Assembly (NCBI GenBank): GCA_024639035.1
Contig: JAHEJE010000001.1
Coordinates: 1 to 40,143, forward strand
Origin: Alphaproteobacteria bacterium
Lineage (GTDB): Bacteria > Pseudomonadota > Alphaproteobacteria > Rhizobiales > Aestuariivirgaceae
Direction: 5' to 3'
Length of the DNA stretch: 40,143 bases
Part shown: positions 32,027 to 40,143 of the stretch, piece after piece
How the letters are laid out: the number at the start of each line of letters is the position of its first letter
Position numbering within the stretch: position 1 is the stretch's first letter
The notes under the pieces: model-generated
Seen by the model: the letters and a program-made list of their open reading frames with translations, nothing else
Database searches by the model: none
Told to the model about the DNA's origin: nothing
Translations under genes and position numbers: made by a program

Positions 32027-32051
32027 CGGCAAGATGGCTGGTTTTATCTGG

Positions 32052-32079
32052 TTGACGTGACACGGAAACCGGCTTAAAC
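32052..32079 (+). promoter_or_regulatory. Candidate internal promoter for rpsM-rpsK-rpoA-rplQ
   Basis: TTGACG at 32052-32057, a 16-nt spacer, then TTAAAC at 32074-32079, inside the 202-nt adk-rpsM gap. Motif match only. Confidence 0.3.
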
Positions 32080-32228
32080 CACCCACCATTCTTGTCGTTA
32101 CCAAGGCTGGCCGCAAGGAGGGCGATCTCCTGCTTGGGCGCAGCCTTGTGTCATTGAGACATTGCTTGGCGTTTTCTGGAGAAGCAGGAGCGGTAACGGA
32201 CCGCTTCCGGTTGTAGGAGATAGACGAC

Positions 32229-32597
32229 GTGGCCCGTATAGCAGGCGTCAACATACCGACGAACAAGCGCGTGTTGATCGCGCTTCAGTATATTCACGGC
32301 ATCGGCGCCAAGAACGCCGAGGACATCTGTGAGAAGGTGGGCGTGGATCGCGCCCGCCGCGTCAATGAACTCAGCGACGCCGAGGTTATCCAGATCCGCG
32401 AGATGATCGATTCGGATTATTCGGTTGAAGGTGATCTGCGCCGTGAAACGGCGATGAACGTCAAACGCCTGATGGACCTTGCCTGCTACCGTGGCCTGCG
32501 CCACCGGCGCGGACTTCCGGTTCGCGGCCAGCGCACCCACACCAATGCCCGCACTCGCAAGGGTCCCGCCAAGGCAATCGCCGGCAAGAAGAAATAG
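32229..32597 (+). CDS. rpsM: 30S ribosomal protein S13
   Basis: (GTG)[25 protein letters not shown] ... [18 protein letters not shown] lies 10 nt upstream of the GTG. Confidence 0.97.
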   Translation: MARIAGVNIPTNKRVLIALQYIHGIGAKNAEDICEKVGVDRARRVNELSDAEVIQIREMIDSDYSVEGDLRRETAMNVKRLMDLACYRGLRHRRGLPVRGQRTHTNARTRKGPAKAIAGKKK

Positions 32598-32619
32598 TTT
32601 CAGCCAAAGGTACTGACAA

Positions 32620-33009
32620 ATGGCCAAAGAACCAAGCCGCACGCGCCGCAAGGAGCGCAAGAACATTACCTCTGGCGTCGTGCATGTGAATTCGTCGTTC
32701 AACAACACGATGATCACCATCACCGATGTCCAGGGCAACGCCATCTCCTGGTCGTCGGCCGGCAAGATGGGCTTCAAGGGCTCGCGCAAGTCGACCCCGT
32801 ACGCCGCCCAGTTGGCGGCCGAACAGGCTGGTCAGGCGGCCATGGAGCATGGCATGAAGACGGTCGAGGTCGAGGTCTGCGGACCCGGCTCGGGCCGCGA
32901 ATCGGCGCTGCGTGCCCTGCAGGCCTGCGGTCTGCAGGTGACCACCATCCGTGATGTGACGCCGATCCCGCACAATGGGGTGCGCCCACCCAAGCGCCGC
33001 CGTGTCTGA
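32620..33009 (+). CDS. rpsK: 30S ribosomal protein S11
   Basis: [30 protein letters not shown] ... [20 protein letters not shown]. Confidence 0.98.
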   Translation: MAKEPSRTRRKERKNITSGVVHVNSSFNNTMITITDVQGNAISWSSAGKMGFKGSRKSTPYAAQLAAEQAGQAAMEHGMKTVEVEVCGPGSGRESALRALQACGLQVTTIRDVTPIPHNGVRPPKRRRV

Positions 33010-33117
33010 GTGTTTGTGACAGCGGGCTGCTACGCGGTTGCCCCGCCGATTGTGTGTTGATTTGAAATTTACCGGGAGACGGAGCCGGTCCGCCTCTGCA
33101 ACCATCCGGGATAGAAC

Positions 33118-34146
33118 ATGAGCATGGAAGTGAACCATAAGAACTGGCTCGAGCTGATCAAGCCGAACAAGCTTGAAGTGAACGCCAAGGCCGCCGACCC
33201 GAACGTAGCTTCAGTGGTCGCAGAACCGCTCGAGCGCGGGTTCGGCATGACGCTCGGCAACGCCCTGCGCCGGGTGCTGCTGTCGTCCTTGCAGGGCGCC
33301 GCGGTGACCTCTGTACAGATCGACGGCGTTCTGCATGAGTTTTCCTCGATTGCCGGCGTCCGTGAAGACGTGACCGACATCGTCCTGAACATCAAGGAAA
33401 TCTCCTTTGCGATGGAGGCCGAGGGCTCCAAGCGGCTGTTGCTGCGCAAGGAAGGCCCCGGCGTCGTGACCGCCGGCGACATCCAGGAAACCGGCGACAT
33501 CCGGGTCTTGAACCCCGATCATGTGATCTGCACCCTTGATGAGGGTGCCGAGGTGCGCATGGAGTTCACCGTCAAGACCGGCAGCGGCTATGTCGCCGCC
33601 GACCGCAATCGGCCCGAAGACGCACCGATTGGCCTGATCCCGGTCGACAGCCTGTACAGCCCGGTCAAGCGCGTTTCCTACAAGGTCGAGAACACCCGCG
33701 AAGGCCAGATCCTCGATTACGACAAGCTGACCCTGACCATCGAGACCGACGGCTCCATGACGCCGGACGATGCGCTGGCCTATGCCGCCCGCATCCTCCA
33801 GGACCAGCTGCAGATCTTCATCAACTTCGAAGAGCCGGTAAAGCAGGTTGTCGAGGAAGACAGCCCGGAGCTGGAGTTCAATGCAGCCCTGCTGAAGAAG
33901 GTCGACGAACTGGAACTTTCGGTCCGCTCGGCCAACTGCCTGAAAAACGACAACATCGTCTATATCGGCGACCTGATCCAGAAGACCGAGGCGGAGATGC
34001 TGCGCACGCCGAACTTCGGCCGCAAGTCGCTCAACGAGATCAAGGAAGTTCTCGCCCAGATGGGTCTGCATCTGGGTATGGAAGTGCCGAATTGGCCGCC
34101 GGAGAACATCGACGATCTGGCGAAGAAATTCGAAACACATTACTAG
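33118..34146 (+). CDS. rpoA: DNA-directed RNA polymerase subunit alpha
   Basis: 342 aa with [13 protein letters not shown] ... [22 protein letters not shown], and the C-terminal domain [22 protein letters not shown]. Confidence 0.98.
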   Translation: MSMEVNHKNWLELIKPNKLEVNAKAADPNVASVVAEPLERGFGMTLGNALRRVLLSSLQGAAVTSVQIDGVLHEFSSIAGVREDVTDIVLNIKEISFAMEAEGSKRLLLRKEGPGVVTAGDIQETGDIRVLNPDHVICTLDEGAEVRMEFTVKTGSGYVAADRNRPEDAPIGLIPVDSLYSPVKRVSYKVENTREGQILDYDKLTLTIETDGSMTPDDALAYAARILQDQLQIFINFEEPVKQVVEEDSPELEFNAALLKKVDELELSVRSANCLKNDNIVYIGDLIQKTEAEMLRTPNFGRKSLNEIKEVLAQMGLHLGMEVPNWPPENIDDLAKKFETHY

Positions 34147-34185
34147 ACACCCGGCGCCGAGCGCCGAAGGCCGAGGAGATCAGTT

Positions 34186-34620
34186 ATGCGTCATGGCAAC
34201 AGGGGCCGCAGGCTCAACCGCACGGTAGCCCATCGCAAGGCGATGTTCGCCAACATGGCAGCCGCCTTGATCAAGCACGAGCAGATCGTCACCACGCTGC
34301 CGAAGGCAAAAGATCTGCGCCCGATCGTCGACAAGCTGATCACACTCGCCAAGCGCGGCGACCTGCATGCCCGGCGCCAGGCCATCTCGCAGGTTCGCGA
34401 TGTCGACCAGGTGTCCAAGCTGTTTGATGTGCTGGGGCCGCGCTACAAGGAACGCAGCGGCGGTTACAGCCGGGTGATGAAGGCCGGTTTCCGCCATGGC
34501 GACAGCGCCCCGATGGCGGTGATCGAGCTGGTCGATCGCGATGAGAGCGAAAAGGGCAAGGACTCCGGCCCGGTCATGATCGATGACGACGCCACCGAAA
34601 CCGAAGGCGCGGCAGCCTGA
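34186..34620 (+). CDS. rplQ: 50S ribosomal protein L17
   Basis: [45 protein letters not shown]. Confidence 0.98.
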   Translation: MRHGNRGRRLNRTVAHRKAMFANMAAALIKHEQIVTTLPKAKDLRPIVDKLITLAKRGDLHARRQAISQVRDVDQVSKLFDVLGPRYKERSGGYSRVMKAGFRHGDSAPMAVIELVDRDESEKGKDSGPVMIDDDATETEGAAA

Positions 34621-34648
34621 CAGACTTCGGGCACAGAAAATCCAAACA

Positions 34649-34676
34649 GGGCGGCCTCCACGGGCCGCCTTTTTTG
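34649..34676 (+). terminator. Intrinsic terminator of the ribosomal superoperon
   Basis: GGCGGCC at 34650-34656 pairs with GGCCGCC at 34663-34669 around a 6-nt loop, followed immediately by TTTTTT. It lies about 30 nt after the rplQ stop. Confidence 0.85.
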
Positions 34677-34779
34677 GTTGTACGCGGAATTGCCTGGCGC
34701 AAATCCGAGTCCCACTTTCTCCGAACATGCTCTATGATGACGAGCTTGAATCTCAACCAGGAATGACAAGGGATCTCAA

Positions 34780-35340
34780 ATGACGCTCACCATCATCATT
34801 CTTGCCCTGATCGCCGCAGCGGTGCTGTACGGCATCTCGATCTACAACCGTCTGGTGAAGAACAAGAACATGGTCGAGGAGGGTTGGAGCGGCATCGACG
34901 TACAGCTCAAGCGCCGCTCGAACCTGATTCCCAACCTGCTCAACACCGTCAAGGGCTACCTCAAGCATGAAAAGGACGTGCTGACCGAGGTCACGCGGCT
35001 GCGGGCAAATGCCGAAGACGCCGAGGGCAAGTCGCCGGGCGAGCGCTCCCAGGCCGAAAGCGCTCTGTCGGCCGGCCTGATCAAGCTGTTCGCCGTCATG
35101 GAGAACTATCCCGATCTCAAGGCCAATGAGAACGTCATGGAGTTCCAGCAATCGCTCGAGACCATCGAGAACGAGATCCAGATGTCGCGGCGGTATTACA
35201 ACGGCGCCGTACGCAATCTGAACGTCCTCATTGAATCGTTTCCCAGCAATCTGGTCGCCAACTGGTTCAAGTTCCTGAAGGCCGAGTTCTTCGAGATTGC
35301 GGACGATGGCGACCGGGCGCTGCCTAAGGTTGAGTTTTAG
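34780..35340 (+). CDS. lemA: LemA family membrane protein
   Basis: N-terminal TM helix, then YNRLVKNKNMVEEGWSGIDVQLKRRSNLIPNLLNTVKGYLKHEKDVLTEVTRLR ... RRYYNGAVRNLN, the conserved LemA core. Confidence 0.9.
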   Translation: MTLTIIILALIAAAVLYGISIYNRLVKNKNMVEEGWSGIDVQLKRRSNLIPNLLNTVKGYLKHEKDVLTEVTRLRANAEDAEGKSPGERSQAESALSAGLIKLFAVMENYPDLKANENVMEFQQSLETIENEIQMSRRYYNGAVRNLNVLIESFPSNLVANWFKFLKAEFFEIADDGDRALPKVEF

Positions 35341-35353
35341 CGGCGGTGCAGCG

Positions 35354-37273
<1,920 letters not shown>

Positions 37274-37367
37274 CGCCGGCAGATAGGTCGTCAAAACGCT
37301 CGACAAGGCCGCTTTGAGTTGTCTACCATTCCCCCCAAGGGGGCCGCGTCAGGTTGGAATTGTCGAG

Positions 37368-37928
37368 ATGACCGCACTGACCCTATTGCCGAGCACCGGC
37401 ACCAGATCGCTGCGTATCCGCGAGATCGCCATGAGCGACACCCGTGCGTTCGCCCGCTATATGACCGACATCGAGTATCAGCGCTTCCTGGCGGTGCGCT
37501 ATCCCAACGAATATGCCGTGCACCAGTTCATCACCCGGGCAGTGGCCCGCCAGGATCGCAAGGGTCGTGTCACCTGGCATCTGGCGGCGGAAGGCCGGCA
37601 TTCGCGCACGGTGCACGGCGACGGCTTCATTATTTTCCATGAAAAGAACGTGGCGGAGATCGGCTGGGGCGTCGATCCGTCGGTATGGAACCACGGCTAC
37701 GGCACCGAGATCGCTCACGCCCTGGCGGCGATCGCCATCGAACGGCTGAACGCCCGCAATGTCTGGTGCAAGGTCAAGGCGGAAAACCTGTCATCGATCC
37801 GGGTGGCGGAAAAATGCGGCATGCAGCGCGACCGCATTGTCAATGCTGGAAGAGGCCCGGCAGCGCGTGCGGAGCGAATCTTCATTTACACCCTTGCCGC
37901 GCAGGACTATTTTGACGCGCCATATTGA
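37368..37928 (+). CDS. GNAT-family N-acetyltransferase (RimJ/RimL-like, Acetyltransf_3 type)
   Basis: LRIREIAMSDTRAF ... AEIGWGVDPSVWNHGYGTEIAHALAAIAIERLNARNVWCKVKAENLSSIRVAEKCGMQRD fits the GNAT core and acetyl-CoA binding region. ATG at 37368 is preferred over the ORF-track start at 37314. Confidence 0.8.
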   Translation: MTALTLLPSTGTRSLRIREIAMSDTRAFARYMTDIEYQRFLAVRYPNEYAVHQFITRAVARQDRKGRVTWHLAAEGRHSRTVHGDGFIIFHEKNVAEIGWGVDPSVWNHGYGTEIAHALAAIAIERLNARNVWCKVKAENLSSIRVAEKCGMQRDRIVNAGRGPAARAERIFIYTLAAQDYFDAPY

Positions 37929-37973
37929 ACGCGGGCGCCGGCGCGCGCTCATTTCGAGTCCGGGAGACATGCC

Positions 37974-38915
37974 ATGACGCTGACAGGCGAACCATCAGTG
38001 CCGTTGCGGGCACGAAAGGTCGGTGGCGGCACGCCGTTTATGGCCGACTGGCATCTGCGCTCGGAAACCGGCGTCTTGCAGGATGTGCTGTTGGGCCCGG
38101 TCGAGGGCTTTCGCTGGATGAGTGAGGAAAACGCCGCCTTCAGCGCCCTGGTGCGCGATACCATCCGCCGCGGCTATCAGTTCGACAAGCAGGTGGCCAT
38201 GCGCCAGCACCGGGAAATGGTCGATGCCTATGTCGACGCCGGCGTGACCTGCCACTTCCTACCGCTCGATGAGCACAATCCCTATCAGGTCTATGCCCGC
38301 GATTCGAGCTTCATGACCCCTCATGGCGCCGTCATCTGCCAGATGGCCAACCCGCGCCGGCGCGGTGAATACGCCGCCTGCCTGCGGTTCTATCTGGAGC
38401 ATGGCATACCGGTCTACGATATGGTCAGCTCCGGCAACTTCGAGGGCGGAGACTTCAACATGATCGGCGACCAGGCGGCGCTGATCGGCTACACCGATCA
38501 CCGCAGCGAGGGCATCGCGGCCCGTCAGATCGGTGACTGGTTCACAGCAGAAGGCTGGGATATCAAGTATGCGCCGATTGATTCATTTTATGTGCACATC
38601 GATCTAATGGTCTGCATGCTCAATGAAAAATGCGCCGCTGTGTGCCTGGATACGACTGACGAAGATGTCGTCGAATGGATCAGGGCAAAGGGCATCGAGA
38701 TCATTCCCGCAACGTTCAAGGAAACCATGGCGCTGGGCTGCAATGTCGTGGCCCTGGGCGATGACCGGGTTCTGTCCACTGCCGGTGCCAAGGATCTGAA
38801 CGCCAAGATGCGCGCCATGGGTTTTACCGTCTATGACCCGGATATGACCATGTTCACCTGGGCCGGCGGCGGTGTGCATTGCATGTGCCAGCCGCTCAAT
38901 CGCGATGCGGCCTGA
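37974..38915 (+). CDS. Guanidino-group-modifying enzyme superfamily protein (amidinotransferase / arginine deiminase / DDAH fold)
   Basis: HLRSETGVLQDVLLGP at the N-terminus, then YARDSSF, FEGGDF and YVHIDLM, and a C-terminal GGGVHCMCQPL with the likely catalytic Cys at 38880-38882. At 313 aa it is too short for a classical ADI. GGGAGA lies 8 nt before the ATG. Confidence 0.8.
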   Translation: MTLTGEPSVPLRARKVGGGTPFMADWHLRSETGVLQDVLLGPVEGFRWMSEENAAFSALVRDTIRRGYQFDKQVAMRQHREMVDAYVDAGVTCHFLPLDEHNPYQVYARDSSFMTPHGAVICQMANPRRRGEYAACLRFYLEHGIPVYDMVSSGNFEGGDFNMIGDQAALIGYTDHRSEGIAARQIGDWFTAEGWDIKYAPIDSFYVHIDLMVCMLNEKCAAVCLDTTDEDVVEWIRAKGIEIIPATFKETMALGCNVVALGDDRVLSTAGAKDLNAKMRAMGFTVYDPDMTMFTWAGGGVHCMCQPLNRDAA

Positions 38916-38920
38916 TCCCG

Positions 38921-40027
38921 GTGGTTGACTATCCGTTCACCGACCTGATTGCCGGCCTGCCGTCGACGGTGCCGTTCGTCGGTCCCGAGGCGCAGGAACG
39001 CGCTCAGGGCCGGCGTTTCCGGGCCCGCATCGGCGCCAACGAGAACGTCTTCGGTCCCTCGCCAAAGGCGCTTGCGGCCATGCGCGAGGCAGCGGCGGAA
39101 ACCTGGATGTATGCCGACCCGGAAAGCCACGACCTGCGTCATGCGCTGGCCGAGCGGCATGGCATAGGGCCGGAGAATATCGTGATCGGCGAGGGCATCG
39201 ATGCCCTGTTCCAGTATGTCAACCGCTTGTTCGTGGAGCCCGGCGTGACCGTCGCCACATCGCAAGGGGCATATCCGACATTCAACTTTCATGCTGTCGG
39301 CTTCGGCGGCCGGCTGGTGACCACGCCCTACGTGAACGATCGCGAAGACCCGCAAAGCCTGCTCGAGCTGGCCCGGCGTGAGGCCGCCCGTCTGATTTTC
39401 ATCGCCAATCCCGACAATCCGATGGGCACCTGGTGGCCTGCTGCGGCTATCGACGACATGATCGCCGATGTGCCTGACGGTTCGGTTTTATGTCTCGATG
39501 AGGCTTATGGCGAGTTCGCACCGCCCGGCACCATGCCGTCGCTTGATGTTGACAATCCCAAGGTCATCCGTTTCCGGACCTTTTCCAAGGCCTACGGCAT
39601 GGCTGGCGCGCGCATCGGCTATGCCATCGGCGAGGCCGGTCTGATCAAGGCGTTCGACAAGATCCGCAATCATTTCGGCATCAACCGCATTGCCCAGATC
39701 GGCGCCCTGGCATCTTTACGCGATGCCGCGCATCTGCCGGACGTGGTGGCCAAGGTCGACGCCGCCCGCAGCCGGATTGCCGCGATTGCCGGGGAGAGCG
39801 GGCTGGCGACCCTGCCGTCGGCGACCAATTTCGTGGCCGTCGATTGCGGGCAGGACGGAGAGTTTGCCCGCAAGGTTCTAGGCGCACTGGTACAGCGCGG
39901 CATCTTTGTGCGTATGCCCGGCGTTACACCGCTCGACCGTTGCATCCGCATCAGTGCCGGCACGCCGCAGGATCTGGATGCCCTGGCCGAAGCATTTCCG
40001 GCGGCCCTGAGCGATGCAAGAGGATAG
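38921..40027 (+). CDS. PLP-dependent aminotransferase, class I/II (histidinol-phosphate aminotransferase-like)
   Basis: IGANENVFGPSP N-terminal motif, LDEAYGEF, and the PLP-lysine motif FRTFSKAYGMAGARIGY. No in-frame ATG precedes the conserved N-terminus. Candidate starts are GTG at 38921 (5 nt after the upstream stop), TTG at 38879 and GTG at 38885 (both overlapping the upstream gene). Confidence 0.82.
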   Translation: MVDYPFTDLIAGLPSTVPFVGPEAQERAQGRRFRARIGANENVFGPSPKALAAMREAAAETWMYADPESHDLRHALAERHGIGPENIVIGEGIDALFQYVNRLFVEPGVTVATSQGAYPTFNFHAVGFGGRLVTTPYVNDREDPQSLLELARREAARLIFIANPDNPMGTWWPAAAIDDMIADVPDGSVLCLDEAYGEFAPPGTMPSLDVDNPKVIRFRTFSKAYGMAGARIGYAIGEAGLIKAFDKIRNHFGINRIAQIGALASLRDAAHLPDVVAKVDAARSRIAAIAGESGLATLPSATNFVAVDCGQDGEFARKVLGALVQRGIFVRMPGVTPLDRCIRISAGTPQDLDALAEAFPAALSDARG

Positions 40028-40033
40028 AGGGTG

Positions 40034-40143
40034 ATGACCATGTTGGCCGAGTTTCCGGGCGCCGGCACGATCATCGCCGACCAGGTCGATGTCGAGGTGG
40101 TGCCGCAGGACTATCCCGACGTGTTGCAAGATGTGCTCAGCCC
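40034..40143 (+). CDS. 5' fragment of an unidentified CDS, truncated by the window end
   Basis: Open frame MTMLAEFPGAGTIIADQVDVEVVPQDYPDVLQDVLS... begins right after GAGG at 40027-40030. Possible starts are GTG 40031, ATG 40034 and ATG 40040. It is on the same strand and abuts the aminotransferase stop. It is too short to assign a family. Confidence 0.4.
   Translation, partial: MTMLAEFPGAGTIIADQVDVEVVPQDYPDVLQDVLS

Noticed and set aside
37331-37343. CCCCCC-AA-GGGGG mini-hairpin between the DUF2207 gene and the GNAT gene as a possible terminator
   Set aside because: It forms only about 5 bp with a 3-nt loop and has no downstream T-tract, so it is not a credible intrinsic terminator.
37368-37928. 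The idea that the RimJ/RimL-like GNAT acetylates a ribosomal protein because it lies near the r-protein operons
   Set aside because: It is separated from rplQ by a strong terminator and two membrane-protein genes, and it is tightly coupled to metabolic enzymes instead. The family resemblance alone does not identify the substrate.

Overview
GC-rich, alphaproteobacterial-type chromosomal core. Nearly the whole window is the conserved translation and transcription gene block on the + strand. It runs tRNA-Tyr, tRNA-Gly, tuf, tRNA-Trp, secE, nusG, rplKAJL and rpoBC. After one minus-strand VOC-family gene comes an almost uninterrupted str-S10-spc-alpha ribosomal superoperon: rpsL, rpsG, fusA, a second tuf, rpsJ through rpsQ, rplN through rplO, secY, adk, rpsM, rpsK, rpoA and rplQ. 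At the left edge, rlmB and tRNA-Thr lie on the minus strand. The only accessory-looking DNA is the last ~5.4 kb (34.7-40.1 kb). It holds a LemA/DUF2207 membrane-protein pair, then a tightly packed operon of a GNAT acetyltransferase, a guanidino-group-modifying (amidinotransferase/ADI/DDAH-fold) enzyme, a HisC-like PLP aminotransferase and a truncated fourth ORF. I saw no rRNA, CRISPR array, transposase, integrase or phage genes. I found no convincing novel multi-gene system. The best candidates for follow-up are the unassigned GNAT/GME/aminotransferase operon, the LemA-DUF2207 pair, and a few RNA-level features: a three-way complementary element at the rplA stop codon and long structured leaders upstream of rplJ and rpsL. 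All calls come from reading the translations and sequence by eye. No database search was possible.
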